Under the pieces are notes generated by a model. The model searched no databases, was not told the origin of the DNA, and saw only the letters and a list, made by a program, of their open reading frames with translations. A stretch of DNA of 63,880 nucleotides, counting the filler, from Choristocarpus tenellus KU-1152 (Eukaryota > Protista > Phaeophyceae), in the NCBI GenBank assembly GCA_964200185.2. It is 10 parts of 10 records of this genome, joined end to end, with 100 filler letters (N's around TTAATTAATTAA, not from the genome) between each part and the next. Parts side by side here need not be neighbours in the genome. Positions count along the whole stretch, not along the records: positions 18,529 to 26,801 come from CAXNAD020004909.1; positions 26,902 to 31,080 come from CAXNAD020015828.1; positions 31,181 to 39,548 come from CAXNAD020004799.1; positions 39,649 to 42,162 come from CAXNAD020027171.1; 6 more parts are not named here. One strand, given 5' to 3'. Positions 26,606 to 39,720 of the stretch are shown piece by piece (the first letter of the stretch is position 1; every line of letters begins with the position of its first letter). The position numbers and the translations under genes were made by a program.

Positions 26606-26901
26606 GTGAGAGAGAGGGAGGGAGAGGGTGTTGGTAGAGATTAGATCTTTGCGTTAATGAGTTTGGACCGGTAGACTTCGTCGAGAAAGAGTACCTTTTT
26701 TTTTTTTAGGGGGGGGGTGGGGGGGGGGGGGGGGGGGGGTGCCGTGGCCAAGGGAGCGGGGGAGAGGAATGTTTGTAGTAGAAAGAGGGAAGAACCCACC
26801 TNNNNNNNNNNNNNNNNNNNNNNNNNNNNNNNNNNNNNNNNNNNNTTAATTAATTAANNNNNNNNNNNNNNNNNNNNNNNNNNNNNNNNNNNNNNNNNNN
26901 N

Positions 26902-26969
26902 CAAAAATCGCGACATGAAAAAATTGACACCAAATGGACAGCCGGCACCCCCTCCAGATACTTTGAGCC
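26902..26969 (+). mobile_element. Right part of MITE family B at contig start
   Basis: AAATCGCGACATGAAAAAATTG...CCAAATGGACAGCC...CCAGATACTTTGAGCC, as in 54835-55011. Confidence 0.75.
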
Positions 26970-28719
26970 AGATGTATATATATGGTCTGTTCAGTATTTT
27001 CTCCACATATGATATTGGATAACATATATAATGATGTGCTAAAAGACAGCGGAAGAAGGGTGCATGCTACACAAAATATGTGAGAAATTCAGGACGCACT
27101 TCTCTTTTCTTACGCTCTATCCAACAAAGCAACTACTATTTTGCTGGCGACCGTTCACGGCAGGACTCTAAACTACTCTGAGTGTTAAATTATGATTTAA
27201 CTATCGATTTTATCCCCCGTATGTATTCAGGCAGTATATGCATACCTTCATTCTGGTCTATTGATATGAGCGAGGGCCACCAGGTTGACTGCAATTATTC
27301 ATGGAAACTCAGACCCACGTCTATTCAAATACAATACATAAAAATAGTTCCCACTATCCATCTCCTAACTGTGTGCGTACCAATTTGTTACGTAGTCGGT
27401 ATGTATTTTGCACAACAATGGATATTTGCGTCTCCCTGACCAGCTCTAGACTGGCCCTACTATTTAGTAGTATGAAATTAATCAGTTACTTTGCAGAGTC
27501 TGGCAGATGGAGACTGAGACGGGACAATGGGTGCAGTAAGGATCGACAGAAAGCCATCTATGACCTGTTGGTCGACACAAAACTTGGTAGCATTGTAGTG
27601 TTCTTTGGTCAGGCGGCTAACACATCCACACAAGAATAATAATGAGACGAATTATTGTGTGGTGGAGCTAACAACAGGAAGTTGCACAACCCAGATTGTG
27701 CTTGAATAGATACTATCGCATACCACAGAGCATTAGCATAGCAAGACACACACACCCTTTTCAGGAATGTCTACAGCAGGTTGATAGGAGGATATCCCCC
27801 ACCAACCACCAAATAACTTCCCCTAAAATATATTCTGTAACGTCTACGACGCACAAACAACAGGTTGCACTCAACCAAAATGATTCAACCGCCAGAGCCT
27901 CTCTGCATAGCAGTGTATAGCTAGCCATGCAGTTTTCATTCACTCCCCACAAAAAATACGAAAATGATCCTCCCTCCTGGCCAGATTCCACATGAAGTAC
28001 AACAGTGCTGATTACATACAAATAAAAATGTTGCTTTCTGTTCAACTATAGGCTCCATTCCATACCTCTCCTGTAGGATAATCACTCCATCCCGCTCCTG
28101 AAGCTCATAGGATACAGTAGTTTGGTGGAGCTCAGTCCATACTCCAGGTCCTCTCATCACAAAATTGAGTATGCATGCATGCTTCGCCAAGAATGTGTAC
28201 AAGTACCAAAGGAGGATGTCATACTTTTTGACTCTATCCATTTGTGTTGTAGCGTGTATATAATGCTCAGTTTCCTTCACCATGATATGGTTCGATGATT
28301 GTACAATCCTTCCAAAAGTACACACGAGGCAACAACAGCTCTCGTTCCCAACATTTACAAGGGAAATATGTGCTGCATAAGCATGTCCGAAAACCTATCA
28401 TACGGGTCGCCTAGTACTCTCCCACAGCCTTCTCGCATGGACTGTTAGTAATTTACGTGTGTAGCTAGTACCTCTTTTTCTCTTACCATTTGTTGGGTAT
28501 CTGTGGTTTTAACATTGCTTACTTCAAAATATATTCATATAGAAAAATGTTGAAATGACGTCATATATCAGGATATTTGAAACAAAAGGCAGAATCCGTG
28601 ACACTCTATATTGAACTAGTCGCATCATTTTGTCGATGAGTGCCAGTCTCCAACCACTTCATCGACTTTTTGGGCGCGATAGTTCAGTCGATTATGGAGG
28701 ACCGTGACCCCTACTTGTT

Positions 28720-28920
28720 GTAACGAGTACACCAAATAGCTAGGATGGAAGGAGAGATCGAGAACATCAACGTGGCAATGGAGACGGGGGGCCCGTACAG
28801 GGGCATCTGGAACAAAGAAGTTCTGGCAAAGAAAGAAGATCAAATGATAACTGAGAAACAGCAGCTGAGGTGAGAGGTTGAGCAGTATCGAGAAAAGTAG
28901 CTGATAATGATCTGCCAGAA
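28720..28920 (+). pseudogene. Decayed coiled-coil coding fragment (KEEQLR-type repeat module)
   Basis: RMEGEIENINVAMETGGPYRGIWNKEVLAKKEDQMITEKQQLR*EVEQYREK* has two in-frame stops at positions expected to be R/E/Q codons. Confidence 0.3.
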
Positions 28921-31057
28921 ACCTACCTCTAGACAGGCAGGTGAGATTCGCAAACACCCTCTCAGAAATTTTGCCTGTGGGATTCAACTAACTCACTTCT
29001 TCCCCCACCAGGACGCACCTTAACCCCTTTTCTTCGCCACACACACTCGTACACGTATTTGTGGATTGTCGACTGTTCTTTCGTTGTTTATCCTGCTCCC
29101 AGCAGTAAGCATACTGTTCCTTGCTTGCAGCTATCTCCTCTTTGACAACTATGTGCTGTTTAAGTCCATAGTCTGGCCCTCGCATCTGCTGACTTCAGGC
29201 ATACGACATCTGTCTTCTGATATTCTCTAGTAACAATTGGTGTGTATACGGTCTTTTTTTGCACCTTATTGCACTGTGAATAGACATGCTTTGGGGGGGC
29301 TTTCCTGGGACGGTTTTACTTTTGACGTGGCTCTGTCGGGAAACTTGTATGTGCGTCGTGTTCTCCATTTCTTCCCTCTAATGCACGATGAGGGAGTAAA
29401 TACTACTTCAAAGTGCTATACGTAAGATAAGTTCGAACTATTTGAGAATTGGACTAGACAACTCGTGAACTACAGTGGTAGGGTAGCCCTCCCGGAATAA
29501 ATCAGTCTCGATGTGGCTCATTACATCTTTCGTAGATGGTTGTCCTTACTTGACATCTTCAATAATGCAAGCTCTCCAAGTACACGCGAGAACTAGAGCC
29601 ACGAGATGGGTTGCAACAACGACCCTAGAAAAGTTCTGTATGGACTCAAAGTAGAGTCGCTCACATATTATACCCATATTCTTCTACGCAGAGGGCGAAT
29701 TACTAAGCGGTAAAAATGTAAGAAGGCATACGTAACGCGTCTTACCTACCATACATAATTCGAAGTATTATACTTCAAGACACGTGTTAGTCGTAATGCT
29801 ATGCAATGCAGTACATACAAATGTAGTATGTAGTATTAAGCAACTCACACGACGGTACCGAGCAACCTTGTGTGTCTCAATATGCGCTCTTTGGTGTGTC
29901 TCAGACCATCTAACGCAATGAATTTACTATTTGTAATGTCTACAATACGGCATATGCATATTCGCCCTTTTAGGTGACTAGATATTGAATGTATGAAAAA
30001 AACAATACCTTGATCTCAGCAGATGTTCAAGGTTGGACGAGGGTTCCCGATCTTGGGTTTTGGAGGGAAATAATAGATTGTTACCAGTCTCACTGTTAGA
30101 ACTGTATATGATCCACATTAATAAGGGTGGTAGGTTTCTCCGACCGTACCTACCTACACTTTACTGGCATCTACCACTCTGGGCACGCCCAATAAATAAC
30201 TAACGCCCCTTCTGAAACCTCCTCCTCCAGACAACTTAGCAACGCCAGCCACTTTCTGTAAAGAAACCATCTATGTTAAATGTCCAACTCATCGGTGGTT
30301 GGAAAAATGCCTAACGACGTACAAATAGTTGCACTGCAACTATTATTCAACTTTTAATTCTGGAGGATGTCCTCAGCATTACACAGATTCCTAGGCAACT
30401 CCTTCCTTGATTTTCCAACTACTCCGAGTACATCACACTGCATATACTATTTATATTAGCAGTAATATTGCCATTATTTAGAGGTACTACTATATTGTAG
30501 GTTTTAAGTTATTCCCCAGCCTGCACTGGTTTCTCAATGAGCCCGCACACCATTGTCCACTATATTAACTTGCTCTTTTTGCCCAACAGAATGATCTTCA
30601 CCTGAAGGATGTGACCAGTACTGCCCATAATCACCTCGCCACCCACTGTCAATCACAGCAAGAGGAGGAGAGGTTGCGGAAGACCGTGGGATCCTTGAGC
30701 GTCTTGACTATTTCTCTGTTTCTACCACTGTGGCAATTGTTGTGACAACTTCTGCTGTCACAAGCTTCAACGAAACAACCCTGACCAATGTCAAGTTGTG
30801 CATGTCCATTGCCTTCTTGAGCGAGAGGTAGTTATATCTCTGATCCTCTCTCTTGTGTTCCTATATGGCAAGGAGGCATACAACCAGAGGAGACAAGGAA
30901 AAAGCAGGAGGTGCCTTTTTTTTTCCTTCTCGGTGCGTATGGTCACAACTACTGCTCTGATCTTGTACAATTCTGCTCATACACATCTCCCTTTTTATTG
31001 TTCTTGCTTGTTCTGTCTGCCGTTTTTGGCTCACACACACGCCAAACACCAAGCTTT

Positions 31058-31080
31058 GACCCAAAGTATCTGGGAGGGGG
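31058..31080 (+). mobile_element. Left end of MITE family B at contig end
   Basis: GACCCAAAGTATCTGGGAGGGG followed by the linker. Confidence 0.65.
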
Positions 31081-31299
31081 NNNNNNNNNNNNNNNNNNNN
31101 NNNNNNNNNNNNNNNNNNNNNNNNTTAATTAATTAANNNNNNNNNNNNNNNNNNNNNNNNNNNNNNNNNNNNNNNNNNNNGTGTTCGATTAGACTCTTCC
31201 AACTCTATCGGACAGTTACGGTAAAATATATATGGAGTAATGGAACAATCAATTAGTGGTTGAGTTATCAGAACCTTTACTAGTGATTAGTTGAAGGAG

Positions 31300-32300
31300 A
31301 ATTTTTCTCATATCAAAAGGAAACATCGAATGATTTTATGGAGCCTTGCATCCCCCACCTAAATATAATCAACCACTCTACAGACACCAAGCAATCTCGC
31401 CAGGTTTAACACCTTTATGCTCTTTGATGATTTTGGGGATACCTTAACATAAGGACTGGCTCAAGGTCAAACAGCACCTTCGACAAGGGTGTAACGTTAC
31501 GTCCGTGCTCTTTGATATCTACTTCTCACCGCCGCAAGGATTCACAAAGCGGTGTAAGAAAGAGTTCATGTAGCGCTGGTGATACCTGGATGACTCTATC
31601 GATCTTGTCGTCATTCAGGATGTGCAGCAGCCGACGTATTTCACAATCTAGAGGGGGAAGGACCGGTAGTAGGGAAGCACTCTGGTGAAACCTGTGGGCT
31701 TTGTGGTTTACTGATCATGTGGAGATTGTGTCAAATGCATCGGGAAGTTGGTCCAGCATGATGACGGTTCTGAATATCTAGGTGTCTGAGGCTTGAAGTT
31801 GGTCGTCTGCGCCTTAGAGGAAGACAGAGACCATGCCTGTGCCTCCAACCCCCCCAAACGACAGCCTAAATGATGCAAATTCGGGATGCGGGTCAGAATT
31901 ATAAGTAGACGGACCATCTGGTTTATCTTGTAGAGGTGTAGAATTAGCGATGATGTTGAGGTCACAACCGAGATCACTCGCTAATACAAGAAGACCAGGG
32001 AATAGTTAATGCAGTCCAGTACTATACTCCAAGTTTCCAGGTTTGACACTTGTACAACTACCTCTGAGGTCTGGACCAAAATAGGACGTTCACATTATTT
32101 TGAGGTACAGATTCGAGAAGGGGAACATGTTACTCGTGTAAACGTCAGTGGTCGTGAACATGGGAATATACTGCTGGAAATGAGGTTACGCGATCTCTGC
32201 TGCGATCCGGAGTGAGGACCCTACTCTTCACTTTCAAGGGAAATCCTCTTTCTTCGTATCTTCGAAAGATAACTGGATCACATCTGTACTTACCTCGGAT
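31300..32300 (+). pseudogene. Highly degenerate non-LTR (RTE-like) reverse transcriptase relic
   Basis: LRQGCNVTSVLFDIYFS at ~31478-31528 matches the RT motif GLRQGCxLSPxLFNI; a later EYLG-like motif follows. Many stops and frameshifts; boundaries approximate. Confidence 0.5.
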
Positions 32301-33304
32301 CATCAACACTGTCGAAATTGTTGCGGGTGGGGAGTGGGATGGAGGTGAAGCGGAGGGCTAGCGGTAGTGAAGTCCAAGGGGAAAAGATTGCTTTCCCCTG
32401 TGTCGCTCCTTAAAATCAGGGTCTACATTATCCTCAGATTCTGAAAAGTGGGGGGGGCTTGCTTTCTTGGCGGTCCGTTTCATCCGAGCGAAATAATATC
32501 CGTTATTCACGGGATATTTGGTACTCCACTGAAAACCTGTTTCCCCCATAAGGAGGTACCTACTTGCACCAATGTTCCAAAGAGCTTTACACCTTAGCTT
32601 GGTTGACCGATGTAGGCACTCCGGGCTTGTTGCAAAAATAGTGTGGTACTCCCACTTACCCACAACTTTACTGTGGGAGTTCTGCTTGTATACACACTTA
32701 TTTTGTGGTGCTCAGGGTACATGTGTGTGCGTCTTTTTTGTGCTTGAGGTAAGGACACCATCGAAAAGTATCTTAATTCACCTAACCAACCAGGCACAAC
32801 CGCTTGTCCTCTCTCCCTTTCATTTCTACTGACTGTCTCGTAGCGAGCATGAATGGCCATCCTGATGCCCGTTCTACTACAATCATCATTATATGTAAGG
32901 GTACAATTTGCAAGCTAGCTTCCTTTTGAATTTTACGCAGTTTTGACGCAGGTCAGTACTTGGTGGTATACATAAAACTCTACTGGGAAGAAATACGATG
33001 GATATCTCGCAGATTGGATATCCCAATATCCCCTCCTTGTTGTGGTCAAATAGAGCAAGCCGTAAACCTGACTTCTTCCGTTATCTTTCTATTCAGTTCT
33101 TCCCACATCTAATGCACTCCTTGGTGATTAACTCCAACCTCTGGGAATGGCAGGGTAGAAAGGGTCGTATCTGTGGAGACAAGTAGTGACGACTTTCTTG
33201 TTGAGATCCTAGTGGAAGAACGAGTTGTGGTGATACTTGCCTTATTGCTGCTGTGAAAATAGGGCAAAGGCACATTGAGGCGGCACTGGAGGGTATGATG
33301 AGAA

Positions 33305-33486
33305 GGGTTAAAGTATCTGGGGGGGGCGGGGGTGGTTTGTGAAAGGGCATCCGTTTCGGTCCAACAACTCTTTTTTTTTGCTGATATTTCAAATCCGACA
33401 TGCGCGACCAAATCACACCAAAAAAGTGAAAATCGAAAAAAGGGTGAAAAACGGACGGCGACACACACCCCCAGATACTTTGACCC
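33305..33486 (+). mobile_element. MITE family C (Sola2-like), full copy, 182 bp
   Basis: GGGTTAAAGTATCT-polyG ... polyC-AGATACTTTGACCC TIRs; perfect 4-bp TSD AGAA. Confidence 0.85.
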
Positions 33487-33891
33487 AGAAAACACTTGCA
33501 CGACTGCTTACTGTGGCCATGGTCGAGGCAATTAAGCACATTCTATATCTCCCCTCTCCCCTCAAGCAAGGAACAACGTGCACCTAGGGTCGATGGCCCT
33601 CCCAAATGGAAAATTATTCTTCATCGAATACAGTGCACTTTGTCTCACTTTGGCCTCTCTCCTCTCTTGCAGTGTATTTTGGATTATTGTGTGATGGGAA
33701 ACATTCACTCTTGATCCTCTCTAGAGTAAGACCAAGCCAGTGGTTGGGGATCTTGTCAGATGCTTGACTCTTGTCCCCTCGTGAAAACATTTGATAAGGG
33801 TACCTTTCCCCTCCATCCATTATTTGACATCAGGGACTCCTGTTACTGATGAAGAGTAATCACTCAGACATCATCACAGCCCTACACTGTT

Positions 33892-34215
33892 GGGTTAAAG
33901 TATCTGGGGGTGGGGGGGGGGGTGGTTTGTGAGAGGGCGTCCGTTTCGGCCAAACAACTATTTTTCTGCTGACATTTCAAATCCNNNNNNNNNNACAGCG
34001 CGCTCCGGCTCGGTGGGTGTGGTGGCGGTTGGGGTGGGGTGTTGGGGGGGGGGCTTGGTTGTGGGTTTGTGAGAGGGCGTCCGTTTCGGCCAAACAACTA
34101 TTTTTCTGCTGACATTTCAAATCCGACAGGTGCGACCAAATCATACCAAAAAAGTGAAAATCGAAAAAAGGGTGAAAAACTGACGCCGAAAGCCCCCCCC
34201 TACATACTTTGACCC
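33892..34215 (+). mobile_element. MITE family C copy (internal duplication around a 10-N gap)
   Basis: Same TIRs and body as 33305-33486; perfect 4-bp TSD TGTT. Confidence 0.8.
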
Positions 34216-34309
34216 TGTTCCAGAACCTCCAAATTTCTTTGTAATGGAGTATATGTCAGGTGGGTATGCACTTTATATCGTAAGGAGAACAGGTGTGAAT
34301 GAAGGGTGA

Positions 34310-34566
34310 GAGCCAAAGTGAACGAGAGGTACCCAGGTTTAGGCCGCTTTGCATTTTTAGCCAGTTTTTCAATCTTCTGGAATTTGCAGATATTTCTACG
34401 GATGAAGCGCTAGGTTTGACTTTGGAGCATTAATTTCTCCATTGTTTGTAAACTATCGACAGAATTCAGAAAATATACTACATGCAATTGTAAAAAGACG
34501 AATTTTGTACGCATTTGTCAGCATCCTTAAAATGCAACTTTGGGTACCTCTCGTTTATTTTGACTA
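34310..34566 (+). mobile_element. MITE family D, ~257 bp
   Basis: TIR GAGCCAAAGTGAACGAGAGGTAC ... GTACCTCTCGTTTATTTTGACT; homologous over its length to 55852-56125. Confidence 0.75.
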
Positions 34567-35958
34567 GGAGGAATCGTGATCAGGAACCTAAACTTTCTTG
34601 GTACACCACACGAGGTTCAATACTGCCTGCCAGCATTTGATCGATACATATTTCCAGAGTGAAAAGGAGTCGTTTAGTACAAATACTATATATACACCAG
34701 AGGAGTAGTAGTAATATACAACGACGCAGAAACGCTGCCCATAAAAAGCGATATCTTGGCTTGAAGATGCACGCCCTATGCATTGTGCTGAATAACTATC
34801 CACAACAGGCAGATTTTGGACTCAGCAATTGGCGATATATGTTAGCATGTTGGCTTGCAAATCGTTATCGAGTTAAATTGCTTCAAAGATCTGCAACTAT
34901 AACTCTAATCGGCGAGCCCAACACTACAATGCATCAATTCGAGCTGGAAAGTGGAGCTTGGAACTACTGTGTGACATGCGATTGGTTAATTTATTGTTAC
35001 GGGGTTGTGACCAGCACAAGTGTTACAACGTGCTCCACAATCGACTGCCAAGTTACAAAACGCTCCGCAAGCTTAACATGATGAGATTTGTAGCTCCAAT
35101 CCACAAGGCTGCAAGTGGATCATGAGGCTCGTAGAAGGTTCCATAATGTTTAGAAAATTGTCGTCAACTATGCTGGATCTCTCATATAGAATATTCACGT
35201 CCTGGGTATCATTAGGGTATAAAAAGGTTTGAACGAACATTTCTACGCAGCATGGTATTGACCAAATAATACATACATAGTCAAGAAGTACAAATATCTA
35301 AAATCTAGGACTTGAAGGTTATAATGGCATTTATGCAACTCTCATTGAGACTCGTCGGCTCCAATACAAACGGCAAGTGTGCACAAGGAAAGCCCCCAAA
35401 AGGAAAAGTAATAAGAAGCTCTTTATGGTACAGTGCATTTTTTTTTTTAGAGTAAATGATAATATTTAGTTCACATATATGGCAGTTAATAACCTGACGT
35501 ACGATATATATGGTACTCATCACATTGAGAGCACATCTGAGTATAACTCGCCCCCCTCAAGTGCATCCTGAGCCAGTCAAAGATCAAAACTTGGAATAGT
35601 TCTTACGTTCATCACAATTACACCCTGATAACATCCATTTTCCTCAATTCTTGGTTATGAGGTATCAACAAATCGTATGGCGCCATCACCGAGCTTCTCA
35701 CCATCTGTCTTCAGGCTTGTGAATTGGAGCCACATATTCCATCAGGTTTAGCTACTGGGAGCGTTTTGCAATATTACAGTAGGGCCCAAACTGTGCAAAT
35801 TATGGTAGTTCGTGCGAGATTGAGTAAAAGGGGCGGTTGACTGTACTTGCTGCTGTCGATGAACTGAGGTGGTGTTTGGCGGTCATGAGGAACTCAACTC
35901 TTCACGCATGTGATGACTTGAGCAGTTTTACCTCCAGCATCATCTTGCACATATTTTT

Positions 35959-36136
35959 GTCTCAAAGTATCTGTGGGGGTGTGGCGGCTGTCCATATGGC
36001 GTCAATTTTTCCACATCGCGATTTTTGGGTGATTTGGTTGCATGCTTCGTATGGATAATGTGATTCCACTTTTCCTGATTTTGACCAGAATGGACACCCT
36101 GCGGTAGACCCCCCCCCACCCCCAGATACTTGGGTC
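35959..36136 (-). mobile_element. MITE family B, full copy
   Basis: CTCAAAGTATCT...AGATACTTGGGTC TIRs; reverse complement of 54835-55011; TTTT on both sides. Confidence 0.8.
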
Positions 36137-36762
36137 TTTTCAGATGGATGATAAACACTCTACAATATATTGTTCATGTTACTCTTGTTTCATGTGAACA
36201 GATTAGCTTTACAACTCTTGCTTTCCTTGGAACAAGGGACATGTTCTCGGTCCTTCTATCTTCCACATACATGGGGGGCTACTAAGTCCGTACTCCTTTC
36301 CAAATTGCACAATGCATGGTGCTACTATGTCCGACGTAGCAGAGAAGATAACACCCAGCATGTAGATACCACCTTACTGTGAAGTATGACCTGATTGCGG
36401 GTTATATCATCCTAAATGGAGGATCCAGCATCCATTCGTGGGCTGTGTGACCCTGTAGTGATTTTCTTGTAGCAAATGAGTGAACGTGTCATATATTAGG
36501 CCAATTTTCTTAATCTGAACACAGCTTCTTTCTCCATCCTCCCTTAAGATCTAGGCTCCCTAAAAATCACCCCAAAAAATGATATCAACCTGCTGTGTGT
36601 TTCAACATCCGATAAAGCCCCGAATGACAACCTGGTCGAAACACCCCCCCCTCCAGGATGCACTATGGGTCCATCTTCGGTGCTTGCGCTGTAAGCGTGG
36701 AATTTGGACCAGGAATTCCTGTGTCACTCCTTCTCACAAATGTTGTTGTGATGGTCGTACAT

Positions 36763-36949
36763 AAGTGAAAGTATCTTAGAGGGTACGAGTTTTGCCCTTT
36801 TCGTCCATTTGGGGCTTGGCTTCCCGTGCATTTTTTAATGANNNNNNNNNACTTTAAAATGAAAATGATAGCCAAAATTATTGAAAATCGCGACATTGGA
36901 GTTTGGTCCCCAAATGGACGTGGCTGTACCCTCTAAGATACTTTGGCTC
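36763..36949 (-). mobile_element. MITE family A copy with internal N gap
   Basis: Family A TIRs; 4-bp TSD ACAT. Confidence 0.8.
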
Positions 36950-37205
36950 ACATGGGCTGTGCAGGAGGATGGTGGGTAGGAGATGTAGATACTATTTGCA
37001 CCTGTTCGAGACGAAAAGTGTAAAAACAAAGCATGACAGAGCTGAAGGAGACTACAGCCGACAGTATTGTTCATCCAGATCAACTACTCGATGAATAATA
37101 GGCATACTACCATCTGCTACCACATAACATAGTAGTGCAGTACGTCGAGTATATGTTTCTTGTTGAATTCATTTTTTCTCTACTTCGATTTTGGTATAAT
37201 ATTCA

Positions 37206-37465
37206 GAGTGAAAGTATCTTATAGGGTACGAGTTTTACCCTGTTTGTCCATTTCGGGCTTGGCTTACCATGGAGTACTTGTATGACATTTTCCTACTCCA
37301 AAATGTTTCGGAGTAGATAAAATGTGTACGTCATGAAAGGTTGCGTCCGTAACAAGGATATTGACACTTCCTAACAAACAGGATAGCGAAAATTACATCA
37401 AAATCGCAATATTGGATTTTGTCCCCTAAATGGACGCGACTCTACCCTCTAAGATACTTTGGCTC
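37206..37465 (-). mobile_element. MITE family A, full copy
   Basis: Family A TIRs and body; flanks TTCA/CTCA (TSD with 1 mismatch). Confidence 0.85.
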
Positions 37466-37989
37466 CTCAGGAGTATGAACGCTTTCTTTCCTTTTTCTGC
37501 TGTTTTTGTCTTGTCTTTCTGACAACGATCTGAGTATGGTTTGTACTTCTTTTTCCATTACATAATCTGGGAAATTTCGAGCGCCATATATACATATTAT
37601 TATTATATCGCTATATCTTTACTGTTATTCCTTCACATCATCTCTCTGCAAGCAAAATTAATATTCCAAAGACTTTTTTCGACATCTACCATGACATGCC
37701 AACCACAGTATAATACTGGCAAAGAACCCGAAGAGGAAAAGAAGAGAAGAAAGTTCGTTGCCATTTCTCAGCCCACCCATCAGTACCACAACTTACAAAA
37801 AAAAAACATCAAAGGAAAATGGCCAGTCTAGTGTACCGGAAGGAGAAAAAGGACTCAAGACTAGGGAAGCAATCAGGCCATCAAACCAGAGAGTAGAAAG
37901 ACCAGAGATACAAACTAGCATTCATCAGGCAGTAGGGGCTGGATCTGAGCCCTACACCGCTGGAGCTGGCTTCCCTGCTACTTCAGCAT

Positions 37990-38600
37990 GGCGTATATCA
38001 GCTAGTACTGTCTCTCTTCTTTGGTGCCATTCATTCATGAAGTACTTGGCTTCATCAGCCACACGTGCATATCGTTCACCCCTTCAAATGTTTGCCATGG
38101 TCCTCCGCTTGTCAGTCACGGCCCTAAACTTCTCGAGATTGTCTTGCATACACGTCCACCAGTGTTTCTCCTGTCCACCTGACTTTCGTTTAACACATCT
38201 GCTAGCTCCTTAAACTTCATCGTCTTTGGAAATTCTTACCCCCCATAAGAATATGCATGCAACTACCTTGTGAACAATACTTTCCGCTTTCGCACAGTTG
38301 TCTCAAAGTTGTCATATCCAGCCTGCACAAGGGCATCCTTGTAGGATATGATGAGATCAGTGCGCTCCCACCTCCAGCAGTCAATGCGGTGTAACAGAAG
38401 ACTATGATGAAACCTCACTCTGCCACGATGGGCCTGGCAAGTGTCTATATCAAATAACATTGTCGCAGGAGAACTTCTAATAATTCAGCCTCAATCGTTC
38501 TGATCTTGAGCTCAGATGAAACACCAGAGGTTCTTCTGTCATGAAGGGCTTGGCTGTACGCTTGTAAGCAACACCAAAGCATTTTGGACCTGACTATACG
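37990..38600 (-). pseudogene. 3' end of an RTE-clade LINE ORF, degenerate
   Basis: FHHSLLL...WRWERTDLIISYKDALVQAGYDNFETTVRKRKVLF and downstream EAKYFMNEWH resemble the C-terminal region of stramenopile RTE elements; frameshifted. Confidence 0.6.
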
Positions 38601-38766
38601 GATCTCTGAGCAGTGGCATCGGTATCATCACTGATAATTCTCCTAAGGAAAACAAAAGCCGTTACAAGGTTTGATCGCTACGCAAGTTTGTCTTTCCAAT
38701 TAATTTTTATCAGTGACCGAGTATGTAAGAAGATACTGTCAATCAAAATCGCCGAAATATTACTTC

Positions 38767-38846
38767 TGACCAGGATGAGCTTCGAACCCGAGCGTTTCGA
38801 AACTGCAGTCCTTAGACAGCTGCTTAGACCGATCGGAGACTTGGTC
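38767..38846 (-). pseudogene. Degenerate tRNA-Leu(AAG)-like sequence (tRNA pseudogene or SINE head)
   Basis: Reverse complement GACCAAG...CGGTCTAAG...CTAAGGA...GGGTTCGAAG...CCTGGTCA shows an acceptor stem with 6/7 pairs, a Leu-type D-loop GGTCTAA, anticodon loop CTAAGGA, a long variable arm and a B-box GTTCGAA. D, anticodon and T stems pair poorly. Confidence 0.65.
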
Positions 38847-39294
38847 GTAGTACGGCTCTACTAGGTGGTGATATATCTAAACAAAATATATATTAGTATT
38901 TCAATCATTTGTGGTTGTGTTGTTTCATATATATATTGAGATGTATCATTCACAGGGATGTTTGTTTGGCCATATCAACTTCTGATAAATTGAATATTTA
39001 TTTAGTTGTTTAATTTAGTACATGTGCACCCATGTATGAACGGAAAAGACCCGAGTTCATTTTTTCCAAATGACTTTTGCACACTTGTTTTATTTTATTT
39101 CATTTTATTTTTATTTTTCGGGAGAACAACTGTTTTGCTCAACAGTTATTTCAGTGATGGTGTAGGTCCATCCCCGTGTTTGTCCACGGTTTAAAAGTGC
39201 GTTTTATTTTTCTATTTTTTTGTTTTGCTCTCGAATTCTGGATTATTATTATTTGCTTATTCCTTGATTGCCATTCCTATATTCTCTATTCCCC

Positions 39295-39410
39295 ATTTGA
39301 TGGCCAACCAGTGCGAATGCCCTTTGTCACTGATTGCCAGCCATCCCCCACATTTGATGACCAACCAGTGCGAATGCCCTTCGCCCCTGATTGCCAGCCA
39401 TCCCCCACCT
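39295..39410. repeat. Tandem duplication, 2 x 57 bp
   Basis: TTTGATG(G/A)CCAACCAGTGCGAATGCCCTT...CTGATTGCCAGCCATCCCCCAC occurs twice head to tail. Confidence 0.85.
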
Positions 39411-39648
39411 TTCAACCCCACACAAGTTACCACTTCCCTCAATCCCACAGCAGTTCCCACACCACTCAACACCACTCCACAATCATCCAAGAACACCCCT
39501 TCATGATCCACTTCAACCCGTGCCTTTGAGCTAGAAGACATCTACCCCNNNNNNNNNNNNNNNNNNNNNNNNNNNNNNNNNNNNNNNNNNNNTTAATTAA
39601 TTAANNNNNNNNNNNNNNNNNNNNNNNNNNNNNNNNNNNNNNNNNNNN

Positions 39649-39720
39649 CTTTTCCTGATTTTGACCCAAATGGACACCCTTGTGTAGACCCCCCCCCCGC
39701 CCTCCCAGATACTTTGGGTC
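39649..39720 (-). mobile_element. MITE family B part at contig start, inserted in the transposase relic
   Basis: CCCAAATGGACACCC...polyC-AGATACTTTGGGTC. Confidence 0.75.

Noticed and set aside
33120-33200. Integrase-like NGRVER motif
   Set aside because: A single short motif with no supporting DDE context.
33892-34215. Internal tandem duplication in a family C copy
   Set aside because: The duplicated part straddles a 10-N gap and noisy G-rich sequence; probably an assembly artefact.
39295-39410. CRISPR-like or coding repeat array
   Set aside because: Only two adjacent 57-bp units, no spacers, no cas genes, eukaryotic context.
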